NCBI GenBank assembly: GCA_051294375.1
Contig: CM119268.1
Span: 23,732,773-23,796,772, forward strand
Direction of reading: 5' to 3'
DNA length: 64,000 nucleotides
Source: Paraspadella gotoi
Lineage: Eukaryota; Animalia; Chaetognatha
Part shown: in pieces, positions 47,925 to 63,168 of the stretch
Layout of the letters: every line of letters starts with the position of its first letter
Position numbering within the stretch: position 1 is the first letter of the stretch
Position numbers and translations under genes: made by a program
Notes under the pieces: model-generated
Told to the model about the DNA's origin: nothing
The model's database searches: none
What the model saw: the letters and a program-made list of their open reading frames with translations, nothing else

Positions 47925-50900
47925 GTTTCCCAATGCTATTACCTCTAAATCGTGTTTTCCTGGTTCACTCCCTCTAGCAACTTGACCCACAACAAAATAA
48001 CAATAAAATAAATAACTTCCATTTCAACCTCACACATTAACTCTTTGACTTCACAATCTTTATTCTATTGCTTTTTTATCTTTTCTCATTCTTTAGTTAA
48101 TAAATTACTTTTCTATATTTATGTATTTTATTTATTTGTTTTAATTACGGTTTGGTCTTTCCTTTTTATTTACCTCTTCATAAAATTTGACCTTTTTTTC
48201 ACCTCTTTCCCCTTCCACAAATTCATTCTCTCTCTCTCTCCCCTCTCTCTCGCCTCTCTCTCTCTACCTCACGTCTCTCCTCTCTCTCTCTCTCTCTCAT
48301 CTCGTCCTCTAGTCTCTCTCTCTCTCTCATCTCTCCTCTCTCTCATATCGTCTCTCTCTCTCTCATCTCTCTTCAACCTCATTTTCCGCCTCAAGAAGAA
48401 ATTTATCCAAATCGTAAACAAATCGTTTTTTCTTTCTCTCGTGAAAAATCGGAAATCTGACCGAGAAAATGTTCGTAAGGCCAAAGCCTAAACATAAGTT
48501 CCAAAGCCTAAAAACCCCTTAGCCAAAAGCCCAAACATTTAAGGCCGAAGCCAAACAATAGCGAAGCCCAATCCATCCCTTCCTGCGGTCACAATTTCGG
48601 GGCGTAATAATACAATAAGTTGTCATCCTCAATAAAAAAGTGCTTCTTCTTTTCCAACCGGGAGATTTATCAGTTGCCTTGAATGTTTCAACACAACCCA
48701 TATCTTTTTTTCTCTCTCTCACTCTCTCTTTCTCTGATCATATACTCAGCTCTCCGAATAACGCAGTCCGTAGAACGGAGCGGCGGCGCGCGGCTGCGAT
48801 CGACTCACTTCTCCTCCGGGCTCTTCCGCTCGGATCGGGGAATTTTCTCTCTCTCCGGGTTCTTCGGTCCGAAAGTCGCCGAGCGGATCGGGGCCGGATA
48901 TCTCTTCTCTTTCTCCTCTCTCTCTCACCTCTCTCTCTCTCTTAACAAAGACAGTGCTAAGCTGTATAAACTGGATCCCTCATCGAAGTTAAACCAAACT
49001 CGCATACAGGAGCCTGTCTCTTCAAATGCCAATATCGATATTCCGGCACCAATCGACACGCAGTCTAAAGATCAATCTAAAAAGACTGGCGGGCCAACAT
49101 CATCTCCAATTCTTGGGAGAAAACTCGTTCTTGTAAATAATAACATTAAATTGCGATGACAGTTATATCTCGATACTTCTTCTCCTTAGCAAATAATATT
49201 CTTGTTTCGTGTCCCAAGAACCTTTTGATAAAGTTTATTGACCGTGGTTGCGATTTCATAACTACTATTTTAACCAATATGGTTAAATAATTTTTAATAT
49301 CTTTAGCTTCTGTTATTCTAAATTTCGCGTTTTTAAAACTGAATAACACTTTCTATCCATGTTTCGTAACCGATTAATTCAATAACACGTTCGCTGCATC
49401 TGGTAGCATGTAGTCAAAACTAAAAGAGTAGACAAGGCAAGAATTATGGACAAATACTCTGAATAGAAATAGTGATCCAAGTAGTTTGGCGGTAAGACCC
49501 GCCGGGGGCTCGCTTTTTTTTTAATGTATTGTCAAGTTTAGGATACCCTAGTAATTTTTCAAAAAATACCCTAGTATTTTTTTTAAAATTACTTTGATAC
49601 TTTTACAAATCGATAGATTTTAGTATAAATTAAGCGGTAAGACCATCGCCGGGGGCGCGCACAAAGTTTCTATTTGGCGATACAAGACCCTAGTGACGGG
49701 CCCCCGCAAATTAGGATCGCTAAGGGCTGTTTCTCTCTCAATCCGGGCCGTTCTTTAGTAACTATCCTTTATCATACATCATCCACAAATCTCTCTCCTC
49801 ATTTCTCTTACTCTCTCTTTGCTCTTGCCGTCTCGCATCTCTCTTCTATCTTTATTTTTCTCCTTTAAGGTATTATTTTGTCATTCCTCTCTCTTTAATT
49901 TCTCATCAAATTTATTATATTTAAACTTGAATAATTTTTTTAAATAACTAATTTTGAAGAAAAGCCATACTAACTTTAATAACGCAACATCTCTTTTCAG
50001 GGATTAGCCAGTACTTCAAGTCATTTTAACGAATTTTTTTTTCTCCTATAGGCCGAAAATACATAATCGAAATTTTGAGTAGAAAAATAAGGCTTTTTGA
50101 AATAATCACCAGTGAAAACAAAACAAGAAAAAAACAAAATAAATCCAAGCTGAATCCATACACAATATATTCTAAATTAAAAAAAATAGTTTTCAAAAAA
50201 ACTAAATTTTTGACATTTGCTTAAAAAGAATACTTTTTATTAATTTCAGAAGTTAAACAAGTAACTAAGGATATCCGAAAAAAATATGACGTCTATACCA
50301 GCTGTTGTAGAGCTCGACAATAGGCTAAATTTGATACTATGTTTTTTTTTAAAATTAGCCTAAGTTTTAATTGATTGTGAATTGTGAATATTAAAGGTAA
50401 AGAAATCATAAGTTGATGCTCAATATTCAAAGACTCATTGGGGCGAGCGAAGATTAATCACTAAAGACCATTTAGAATTGAGTAAAAATTGATGTAGATA
50501 TGCCATCATTCGGGGTTACAAAATGAGCACAATTTTAGTCTCTATGTTTTAGGGTACTCAGAGATATCTCCACCTTAATTACAGGAAATACAGAACTAAG
50601 AAAAAATTATACTGTATTTATTAACACTAGTAGTATACAACTGGTTTGATTAATTAATTAAAAGTAAGTAGTCAGTAGTAAGTAGTAGTTGTGTAGTACT
50701 AGGATTCCAGACAAATTGTTTGCACGGGCTTTGTTTCAACTTTGCTACACTCTGGTATACCCAGCCCTAAGGCGACCTCTTCAAAAAGTACGGCACTAAG
50801 GGGAGCCTTTCGAGACACAAAGACACCTTAAAAAACTGTGCTAGATTTTTTTGGAAATTTGATATTTAGTCAATTGAAATTAAAATTTTCCAAAATTAAT

Positions 50901-52004
50901 AGGCAGAAATTAAATCTGCTTTAAAAGTAAAAAAAAAAAACATTTTCTTAAAAATTTTTGACATTTAACAATCGTTTCTAAATACTGGGCTATGCGAAAA
51001 AATTGAAATAAAAAATATTTAAAATATTCACAAGCTGCATGCCTCAATTTTTAATTCTACTTGATTCTACAAATTTTTCTACTCCTTTAACTATTCATCC
51101 ACGTACCTTCACCGCCGTAACAAAAATGCAACACTATATATACATCTCAATTGTTCGATCAATTTTATCCTTATCATTATTTCAAATTGTTTTCAGCAAT
51201 ATTTAATCATTATTGTTTAGATGTATATCTTTTTTATTAGATAATTATTGATTTTAAGCACTCAAAATCTTAATATTAAAAAAAATTGTTGACTAAATTT
51301 TTTAATTTTTTTTTCCCTTTCCTTTTTCCTTTTCTTTCTCTCTCCTCGTCTTTCGTGTCTTTTCTTTTTTTTCTTTCTTTTTTTGACATCGTGAAATGAG
51401 ACCCTACAATAATTATGCACTTTCAAAAAGGCCTTATCTCCTGTTAAAGAGACTACCGACTTCGCGCGAAACCTATGATCGATCCGCCCGGCAGGCAGAG
51501 AGAAGACGCCTCGGCGGTGAACGAAGGGTAAGGAGAGAGAGAAGAGAGTAAGTCCGGCCGCTGGCGCTACGAATCGGATCGACTTTGCAGCCGCGCGATC
51601 CGGGAGAATAAGGAGAACGGCACAGAGGAAGATGATAAGAATAGCCGAGCGGCAAAAAAGTCGAGGCAGGGAGAAGCGATCGGCGGCCGCGCGCTGCTCC
51701 AGAGAGGCTGCGCTGTTTCGAGTCTTCTGAGTATACCATGCTCTCTCTCTCTCCTTCGTCTTCTTCTTCTCTTCTCTCATCTCTCAGTCTCTCTCTCTCT
51801 ACTCTTCTCTGCTACTCCCTCTCCCATTCCGACCACGAAGCTCAAGAAAGCGGAACGTTGCCTTAGCAACCCAGGATGTTAAGCTCCTTTTCACTGGGCA
51901 CGGTTCGGGAAACGAAGAGGACGAGAGAAGGAGAAAGAGAGATGAGGAGAGAGAGAGAGAGCAGAGAGGAGAGAGAGACGAGACGAGACGAACGAAGGAC
52001 GACG

Positions 52005-52467
52005 GAGACCGCGCCAGGTGCAAAGGGTGCGTCTGCCTCATCATTCTCAACGGACTCGCGACCAAAACAGTAAACCAAGGACGCAACACTCGAATTTATT
52101 ACCGAATTCAATGATAATCTTTCCAACTAACGAGAGAATATTTATTTCATTGAAATCGACTTACCCACTTTCTTGTTCAATTCTCATTTTATTCTCAAAT
52201 CAACAATTTCAAGAGATACACATCTATTTCTTTTCAAATTGGTCGCACACCTTGTCTTCACATTGTATCCATCATTTGATAAATAAGTGCTATCTAGCAC
52301 GACTTCTGGACAGGCGTTGGTAGTTTAAGGCCTCTCATACATTCGCGAGATAATAAATACGCGAAATATCCTTTCATCGCTCTGACTCTCCTCACATTGT
52401 GACAATTTATTTATTATTTAATTTTTTTTATTCGATTGATTGATTATTTTATTTTATTTATTTATTT

Positions 52468-52535
<68 letters not shown>

Positions 52536-53554
52536 TTATGAAATGCAAAACCCTGCAATCTTTTCAACTCACGTTTGCGCCGCTTCTACTTCCTCACAGT
52601 CTGATTAAATATAACTCTAGATGGCTTGGCTTCCCTATTTTTCGTTAATTTCATTAGCACAGCCCCCAACTACCGATTTGCCCACAATCTATTGCCTCTT
52701 TTTCTCCCAATCAAACTCCAACCAGGAAACCTCCCGCGTTTCTGGGCCATCAATGGTCATTGGTCGAAGATTTCCATATTTGCTCTTAATTCGTGACCAA
52801 AGAGCAACGACGACTACAACACAATTTGAATTAATTATACAATTGAAAGCTATTTTTTGAAACATTATTCTATTTTCAATTGAGTGGGAAGCCAGGTACT
52901 CTGGGAGTGAATATAACGAGACTGTGAAGAGTCTTGATTGGAAAGCTTGCAGGGAACTGCCTATGTCATTAATCTGTAAGAGCGATGGAGGCCTTAAACC
53001 ACCAAAGAACTATCCAAATTCACCAGCAAAACTAGCGTTTATTTATCTAAACGAAATGGATAATCTCTATTGGTCGTAAACCAATTGTATATAAATGCAA
53101 TTTAAANNNNNNNNNNNNNNNNNNNNNNNNNAAAAACCCTTAAGCCAAAAGCCCAAAAACCTTTAAGCCCGAAGCCCAAAAACCCATAAGCCCGAAGCCC
53201 AATCCATCCCTTCCTCGTCACAATTTCGGGTAATAATACAATAAGTTTGTCAATCCTCAATAAAAAAGTGGCTTTCTTTTCCACGGGAGATTTATCAGTT
53301 GCCTTGAATGTATTCAACACCCAACCCATATCTTTCTTATCTCTCTNNNNNNNNNNNNNNNNNNNNNNNNNNNNNNNNNNNNNNNNNNNNNNNNNNNNNN
53401 NNNNNNNNNNNNNNNNNNNNNNNNNNNNNNNNNNNNNNNNNNNNNNNNNNNNNNNNNNNNNNNNNNNNNNNNNNNNNNNNNNNNNNNNNNNNNNNNNNNN
53501 NNNNNNNNNNNNNNNNNNNNNNNNNNNNNNNNNNNNNNNNNNNNNNNNNNNNNN

Positions 53555-53590
<36 letters not shown>

Positions 53591-53993
53591 CCGCCCATGC
53601 TGGCAAAGGGTCGTTGCCTCATTATTCTCACGGACTCGACAAAAACAGTAAACAAGGACGAAACTCGATTTGATCCGAATTCAATGGGATAATTTTTCCA
53701 ACTAACGAGAGAATTTATTTCACTAAAATGACTTACCATTTTTGTTCAATTCTCATTTTATTTCAAATCAAACAATTTCAAGAGACTACAATCTATTTTC
53801 TTTTTAAATTGGTGCAACCTTTTTACAATTTATCCATTCATTTGATAAATAAGCTATCTAGCCCCGACCTTTGGACAGGCGTTGGTAGTTTAAGGCCTCT
53901 ATACTATTTGGAGGATAATAAAATAGCGAAACCAAGTAATCTTTCACTCGCGACTCTCTCACATTGTGATTTATTTATTTATTTATTTATTTT

Positions 53994-54035
<42 letters not shown>

Positions 54036-54585
54036 TATTTATTTATTTATTATGAAATAGCAAAACCCTGCAATCTTTCACTCACGACTTCCTCACAGTC
54101 TGATTAATTAACTCCTAGATGGCTTGGCTTCCCTATTTTTCTTATTTCATTCCAGAACCCCAAACTACCATTTGCCCACAATCTATTGCCTCTTTTCTCC
54201 CATCAACTCAACCAGGAAACCTCCGCCGTTTCTGGCATCAATGGTCAATTGGTCGTAAACATTTCATTTGCTCTTAAATCGGACAAGAGCAACGACGACT
54301 ACAACACAATTTGAATTAATTATACAATTGAAACATTTTTGAAACATTATAATCTACTTCATTGAGTGTGGAAGCCACCGGGTACTCTGGAGTAAATTAA
54401 GCGAGACTGTGAGAGCAGTCTTGATTGAAAGCTTGCAGGGAACTGCTATGTCATTATCTTGTAAGAAGCGATGGAGGCCTTAAAACCACCAAAGACTATC
54501 CAAATTCAGAGGCAAAATAGGTTATTTATTAAATGAATGGATAATCTTCTATGGTCGTACCAATTTATATATAAATGCAATTTAA
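52005..54585. repeat. Direct duplication, about 52005-53105 vs 53588-54585
   Basis: Colinear with indel differences; the copies are separated by N gaps. Confidence 0.85.
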
Positions 54586-54881
54586 ATGTTTTATATTTCG
54601 TTCTATTTTATTATGTTTTTTTTTTTTTATTTTCTTTTGATATTCTTTTCTTTCCTTATATTATTTCTCATTTTCTTTTATCACTTATATTTTATCACTT
54701 TTTTATCACTTCTTTATCACTTCATCTTTCTTTTCTCTATTCCGCCTTCTTCGTCAAAATTTCATTCCATTCTCTCCTCGCGCGTTTAAAAAAGAATTAT
54801 CCCTAATTTGTTTGCAGAGTTTATTTACGCACCGAAAGATGAAAGAGCAAAGAAGACAAAGAGAAAGAGGGAAAGGGAGCC

Positions 54882-54929
<48 letters not shown>

Positions 54930-55092
54930 AAGAGAGAGAGAGAGATGAGAGAAGAGAGAGAGAGATAAATCTAAGAAGGAAATGAAAATGTGTGTTTCCT
55001 TTTTTGGTTCTGGATTTTGACCCGAAGGATAGGAAAAGAAAAGGGCAATTGCCTGGGACGAATATTGAGAAAATAAAGAGAGACAGACAGAA

Positions 55093-55134
<42 letters not shown>

Positions 55135-56164
55135 GAGAGAGGAGAGAAAGAGAGAGAGAGGGGAGGAGAGAGAGAGAAGAGAAGAGAGAGCAAGAGAGAG
55201 ACGAGTGAGAGACAGAGAGATCGAGATCGTGAGTACTCTACCCTTCGTGAGAAATGAGGAAAAGATGAGAGATGGGAGGAAAAGATGACATACGAGAAAA
55301 AGAGAGAGAAAAAGAGAGAGAAAGAGAGAAAGAGAGAAAGTGAGAGAGAGAGAGAGAAAATGCGATGCTCTCTCTCTCTCCTTCAGAAAATTTCTCTCCC
55401 TCTCTCATCTTCTCCCTTCCTCATTTTCTCTTTCTTCTACTCTTCTCCCTTTATCTTATTCTTTATCTTTTACATTTTTTCCTCCACCCCTCTCCCTCCT
55501 ACTCCTTCTCTTCCTCCTCCTCCTCCTTCCCCTCCTTTTCTTCCCCCTGCTCCTCCTCCTCTCCCTCCTCCTCATCCTCTTCCTCCGCCTTCTCATTATT
55601 ATCTCCCTTCTCTCACTGAGACTTCAATACTCGAATCACGTGACCAACTCCTCCTGCACAATCCTCTCTGATCACGTGATCAACTACTCCTCCTCCTCCT
55701 CCTCCTCCTCCTCCTCAGATAGATAGTTTCGCGCGTCATTGCAAGGAGGACCAAAATGGTAAATTTGGTATTAGAATTACAGAGTGAAAAGCTTGTATAA
55801 TTGTTTAATTGTATTCGGAGTTATAGAATTGAGATTCTCACTCATGATACTTAAGTAGGAAAATAAATTATCCAATTGATTTATAAGTTTCAATGCGATT
55901 TTTGCTAAGAAATTATGTCGATCGCTCAGTTCAAATGCCGGTCTCAAATCTTATCAAGAATTCGTTTTAAAAGTTAAACATAAGTTTTCTTTTCTCTATC
56001 TTCTATACTTTATAAACAGTGTGCATGTCATTTTACGACGCAAACAAAAAAATAAAGGGACAAAATGGTTGCTTAGCAACGCACACGTCGCTTATCGACA
56101 AAAGAGTCGCTTAGCAACGAAAGCGGAAACTAAGAGATGAGGGAATTCATGACTGGCAGAAATC

Positions 56165-56267
<103 letters not shown>

Positions 56268-57206
56268 TGAGGTTATAAATGCTGCAAAGAAAGAAAGAAA
56301 GAGAGAAAGAAAAAAAATAAAGAAGAGGATATAGAAAAAGAAAGATAATATTTCCATATTTTGATGACTCTTTTTCTTTTGGTCATTTTTATCGCATAAA
56401 GAGAAAATAATTCGCAATCATCAGAAGATGAAAAGAAAAAACTTTGGAATATCATTGAAGGAAGAAGGCGCGGTTCTTCCTTCAATGATATTACAATATA
56501 TATGGCCTAATATACTATGAAATTTTACAAACATTAAATTAATAAATAAGCAATCTTGCCCTGACTTTGGACGGGCTTTGGTGGTTTATGGCCTCCATCA
56601 CTCTTACAAGATAATGACATAGCAGGTCCCAGAAAGCTTTCAATCAAGACTCTTTCACAGTCTCTTTTGTTACCTGGCGTCGAGTCATTCTTTTATAGTC
56701 ATTTGAATTGACCTTACCTGACCTTATCTTTTCACCGTTCTAGTCGCTTTCTCGTGGCTTTCTTTTGGCCGAAAACCTCGTCACTTGTTATTCGATCAGA
56801 ATCATTTTTAAAGAAAAGATCGGTCGTCCGGAACCGTAGTTTTTACGGAACCCAGTGATTTTTTACACCAATTATTTATTTACTTCTACAAAAATAAACT
56901 TATTCACGATTTATTCGTAAATTATTCGTCATATTTCTTGGAGATTTAGAAAACCTTGCTCCATGTTAAAGCCATCTTTTCGGCGGTCAACCACTTGTTT
57001 ATTTTGCTTTTAGTTCTTTTAGTTTACAAAGGGAAGCTCGACATTTGTATTCTTTCTTCAATTCTTGTCAGAGACAAAGAAAAGCTGTTGCGATGTTGAC
57101 GTAAAGAGAAAAAAAGGGACCACAGTCTGTGAAGAACTTTTTTTATTCAATTTAATTGTATGTATTAGTTTTTATATTTATTTTGAATGTAGCAGATGTT
57201 CTTTGC

Positions 57207-57247
<41 letters not shown>

Positions 57248-57389
57248 CAAATCATAAGATCAAGAATCCAACCATAAAATATGAATTGAGGTCAAAGTTC
57301 ATGAAATTCGATAAAAGATGCAAAAAACATCAACAACTGAAAACCGGAATTTCTTCTCATCTTGAATCTAAAGTTATGACATTCCATTT

Positions 57390-57584
57390 CAATTTTGTGT
57401 CATCACAACTATATTCTCTATCATCGCTAGCCGAACATACAACTCAACTCATACCAAGTTCTTTGACAACTTACACTTATAATTTGTTTTTACATATATG
57501 TACAAAACTAATTAAATCCAAATTCAGAAATTTATTGTCATTTGCTTTGTGGCTTTGTTCAGTTAAGGAGAGCGAGAAAGAGAG

Positions 57585-57648
<64 letters not shown>

Positions 57649-58140
57649 AGAGAGAGAGAGAGAAAACGAAAGAAAATAAATGAAAAAATAGTGAAATTCA
57701 AAAAAGAAAAAAAGGAGAAAGAGAGAAGAGAGAAAAAAAGAGAGACAGATGAAAATGGAACATACAGAAGGATAGAAAGATAGTAAGGGACATAAAGAGA
57801 CAGTGAAACAGAGAGTTATAAAGAAAGAAAAAGAAAGAGAAAGTGAAAATGATAGAGTGATAGTAAAACAGAGAGAGAAAGGGAGACAACACATAAAGAG
57901 CAAGTTCCTTCATTTTTTATGGAATTGGATGAGCTAAAAAAATGTCATCCTTAACATAAGAGCTTTTGGCTTTTTTAGCTTTTGGCTTTTTTAGCTTTTG
58001 GCTTTTTTAGCTTTTGGCTTTTTTAGCTTATTCTCCCAAATTTTCTATCCTTTTCGATTTATGGGAAAGATAAATCATCCCTAAAGGAAAAGGAAAAAAA
58101 TGGAGAGAGAGAGAGAGAGAGAGTGAGAGAGAGAGAGAAT

Positions 58141-58172
<32 letters not shown>

Positions 58173-58837
58173 GAAAGAGAGAGAGAAATGCATAATCATT
58201 TATGAGAAAAAAAAGAACAATTATCTATTCTTTTCTTTTTTAACTATATCAGCGTTTTGTTATAAACCATTTAGCTGCGTAAATCTATGTTAATATCTAT
58301 GAGTCTTAGTTAAGAATTTTCCATTACATCAAATTCTATTGACATATTTTTTTAGCACTATTCTCCAAAAGCATCCCATTTCTATTCCTAATCCCTAACC
58401 ATATTCTCGGAATTATAATGAAAACCCTAATTCTTAAACCATAACTTAAGCTTCAAACTAAAAAGCTCTGAATTAATGCTGAAAAGGGATGCTTTTCGGA
58501 ATTATGGCCCCTTCTTCAACCCCAAGTTTAACCCATTTAATACTTACCCTTCTATTTTAACCCTTACCCTTTAACCTGACCACCATTTCAAAAGAGCTCA
58601 AACCCTTAAGGCCAAACCATTTAGACTAACCATCATTCCCTTTTAGCCCAATAACTCGTTTCCATCTAATTCCTTCTGACTTATGACGAAATTTTAGGGA
58701 AAAACAAACATTGGAATGTTTTGGCAGATCACTCAAGTTGTTGTTGTTGTTGTTGTCATATCGTCTGCCGTCGTCGTCTTAAAAACCAAGGAAATGAATT
58801 TCAAAACTTGTTTGACAACATTTGAAAAAGATTATGA

Positions 58838-58916
<79 letters not shown>

Positions 58917-59202
58917 ATGCCCTCTTTTCCTTTCTAATTCAATTTTTCTTCATCACATTTCACAATCACATGAATTTTTTTCCTTTTATTCACTCAATTT
59001 AATTTTGCCAGCATTTCAAATTACCTTTTCTCTCTTCTTTTACTTTTCTCTTTTTTTCCCCCCTGTTTTTTTTCTTTTCTTTTTTTTTTTTTCTTTTCGA
59101 ATTCATTTTCCCAATTTTTTCGCGTTCTTTCGTTTCTCTCGCTTCAAAATCCCAGGAGATTTTGATCGTTAAAATTGATTTTTTTTTGGTCTGCCAGTTA
59201 TA

Positions 59203-59259
<57 letters not shown>

Positions 59260-59359
59260 TCTCTCGCTCTTTCACACATACGAGCTTTTCTTCTCTTCTT
59301 GCTCATTTTGTTTTGGTTCCAAAGGTTTACAAAAAGCCTATATGAAAAAAGATAATAGG

Positions 59360-59440
<81 letters not shown>

Positions 59441-60855
59441 ANNNNNNNNNNNNNNNNNNNNNNNNNATTTCAACATCGAATTTTTTTCCTTTTATTCACT
59501 CAATTTAATTTTGCCACATTTCAAATTACCTTTTTCTCTTCTTTTACTTTTCTCTTTTTTCCCCTTTTTTTTCTTTTCTTTTTTTTTCTTTTCGAATTCA
59601 TTTNNNNNNNNNNNNNNNNNNNNNNNNNTAAAGAGATCTTCCCAAGATCTCCGCCGTCGTCAACACTTTTCGCGCGCATATCGGAACAAGAGGGTTGGAG
59701 AAAGAGAGACTCTCGCAAACGCGTCGATTCCGACTTGAATCCGTCCACAAACCACTTAATTACAGTCTCGCATCTTCAATAGATTCCGCAATTCCTCAGA
59801 GTCGCGTCTTCTCGGCCGAAGATCCGATCCGCCATATTCGATATCGCCGACTCCGACCTTCCCGATTTCTACGGATTGAAATCCGAATCTGATTTCCGCG
59901 CGGAACAACATCGAGAGTGCAGAATTCCTACCGATCAAGGCCGAGTCCTTGCCATAACCCTCTCTAGCTTCCACACACCGCATTGACAAGTATCCACCAA
60001 GATTTCCCGAGAGAATTTAACGGAAGCGAGAACGAATGATCACGTTTCTCCGTCGAATATCGTCTGCCGTACGCGAGAGGCGACACACCCTTCTCAGGCG
60101 AACACTCTTCGACGCCGCGTCGTCTGCGACTCGACAAATTAAGGCGCACCGAACTTCAACGGATGCAATCGAGCCGTCAATTGGTCCGCTAAGGTCCGGT
60201 CGATCCGGAGGCACAATTAATAACTCGACCCTTGGTCGCTCAAGGGACGTTGAGGTGTCACAATTAACACTTGTCGCAAATCCCTTGCGATCCGAACAGC
60301 GATGAAACTCGGTAGAGAAAAGACCATCGACGCCACCTTTACAGAAAAAAAAAGAAACCGCGTGCTCCTACTTTTATGAGAGAGAACAGGGGAAAAGTAG
60401 TAGTGTCTCGATCATAATATTTTTTTTTCTTTTTGTCCAAACCCATACGTATTCTCCTGTATCTGTATCTTGCTCATCTATCTCTCTCTCTCTCTCTCCT
60501 CTATCTCTCCGGCACTACTCTCTCTCTAACAACTAATAAAAAATGTTGTCATTGAATACACTAATTAATTGTTATCAATTTATACTAGTTTTATTTATGA
60601 CCTATATAAGTTGATGCGTTTGAAAGTAAATAATTGGCACAAATAAATTTTGTGTCAATCACAAACTATATTCTCTATCATCGCTAGCCGAACATAAAAC
60701 TCAACTCATACACAAGTTCTTTGACAACTTACACTCATAATTTGTTTTACATATATGTACAAAACTAAATTAAAATCCAAAATTCTGAAATTTAATTGTC
60801 ATTTGCTTTGTGGCTTTGTTCAGTTTAAGGAGAGAGCGAGAAAGAGAGACAAGAG

Positions 60856-60908
<53 letters not shown>

Positions 60909-62130
60909 GAGAGAGAGAAAGAGAGAGAGAGAAAACGAAAGAAAATAAATGAAAAAATAGTGAAATTCAAAAAGAAAAAAAGGAGAAAGAGAGAAGGGAG
61001 AAAAAAGAGAGACAGATGAAAATGGAACATACAGAAGGATAGAAAGATAGTAAGGGAACATAAAGAGACAGTGAAACAGAGAGTTAAAAGAAAGAAAAAA
61101 AAGAGAAAGTGAAAATGAATAGAGTGATAGTAAACACAGAGAGAGAAAGGGAGACAACACATAAAGAGGCAAGTTCCTTCATTTTTTATGGAATTGATGA
61201 GCTAAAAAAAATGTCATCTTTAACATAAGAGCTTTTGGGCTTTTTTTAGCTTTTGGCTTTTTTAGCTTTTGGCTTTTTTAGCTTTTGGCTTTTTTTTTAT
61301 GCTTATTCTCCCCAATTTTTCTATCTCTTTTCTCGATTTATGGGAAAGATAAATCATCCTAAGGAAAAGGAAAAATGGAGAGAGAGAGAGAGAGGAGTGA
61401 GAGAGAGAGAGAAGAGAGAAGAGAGAGAGAAAGAGAGAGAGAGATAGAGAGGATAGAGAGAAAGAGAGAGAAGAAATGCATAATCATTTATGAGAAAAAA
61501 AAGAACAATTATTATTCTTTTCTTTTTTAACTATATCAGCGTTTTGTTATAACCATTTAGCTGCGTAAATCTATGTTAATATCTATGAGTCTTAGTTAAG
61601 AATTTTCCATTACATCAAATTCTATTGACATATTTTTTTTTAGCACTATTCTCCAAAAGCATCCCATTTCTATTCCTAATCCCTAACCATCATTCTCCGG
61701 AATTATAATGAAAACCCTAATTCTTAAACCATAACTTAAGCTTCAAACTAAAAAGCTCTGAATTAATGCTGAAAAGGATGCTTTTTCGGAATTATGCCCC
61801 TTCTTCAACCCCAAGTTTAACCCATTTAATAATCTTACCTTCTTCTTATTAAACCCTTACCCTTTTACTGACCTACACCATTTCAAAAAGAGCTCAAACC
61901 CTTAAGGCCAAACCATTTAGACTAACCATCATTCCTTTTAGCCCAATACTCGTTTCCATCTAATTCCTTCTGACTAATGACGAAATTTTTAAGGGAAAAA
62001 CAAACATTGGAATGTTTTGGCAGATCACTCAAGTTGTTGTTGTTGTTGTTGTCATCGTCGGCCGTCGTCGTCTTAAAAACCAAGGAATGAATTTCAAAAC
62101 TTGTTTGACAACATTTGAAAAAGATTATGA

Positions 62131-62194
<64 letters not shown>

Positions 62195-62521
62195 TCTCTC
62201 TCGTAATGCCCTCTTTTCCTTTCTATTCAATTTTTTCTTTCATCACATTTCAACATCGAATTTTTTTCCTTTTATTCACTCAATTTAATTTTGCCACATT
62301 TCAAATTACCTTTTTCTCTTCTTTTTACTTTTCCTCTTTTTTCCTCCCTTTTTTTTTTCTTTTCTTTTTTTTTTTCTTTTCGAATTCATTTTCCCAATTT
62401 TTTTGCTTCTTTCTTGTTTCTCGCTTCAAAATCCAGGAGATTTTGATCGTATAAAATTGATTTTTTTTTGGTCTGCCAGTTATAATTCTCTCTCTCCTCT
62501 CTCTCTCTCTATCTCTCTCTC

Positions 62522-62553
<32 letters not shown>

Positions 62554-62658
62554 GCTCTTTCACACATACGAGCTTTTGCTTTCTCTTCTTGCTCATTTTG
62601 TTTTGGTTCCAAAGGTTTACAAAAAGCCTATATGAAAAAAGATAATAGGGAGAGAGAG

Positions 62659-62720
<62 letters not shown>
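57390..62720. repeat. Direct duplication, about 57390-59440 vs 60645-62720 (includes a 17-bp GCTTTTGGCTTTTTTA-type array and a short telomere-like TIR element at about 58355-58510)
   Basis: Colinear near-identity with indels. Confidence 0.9.
59630..60345 (+). other. GC-richer, coding-like fragment next to an N gap; frameshifted; identity uncertain
   Basis: Composition is clearly more GC-rich than its flanks. Plus-strand pieces read RDLPKISAVVNTF... and SAIFDIADSDLPDFYGLKSESDFRAEQHRE... Confidence 0.35.
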
Positions 62721-62733
<13 letters not shown>

Positions 62734-62883
62734 AATACAAGTTGGAAAAGCTCAAACATTGTTACTGAAAAGAAAGAAAAAATTGGACGGACAGAAAATA
62801 ATGATACACTAAGGTATTGGATAAAATACGAGAGTGAGACATAGAGAGAGAGAAAGAGGGAGATAAAGAGAGAGAGAAAGAAA

Positions 62884-62968
<85 letters not shown>

Positions 62969-63074
62969 TTCACTTTTATTCGAGACAGAGACAAAAGAGA
63001 TGAACTCTTTCGCATGGGAACCGAGGCGGGCAAGACGACCGCGTGTGTACCTCGTGCATGTCTGAACCGTGGTG

Positions 63075-63110
<36 letters not shown>

Positions 63111-63112
63111 TG

Positions 63113-63168
<56 letters not shown>

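Noticed and set aside
51262-52126. ORFs of 87-172 aa in the GC-rich patch
   Set aside because: No recognisable motif or consistent splice structure; they are partly microsatellite-derived.
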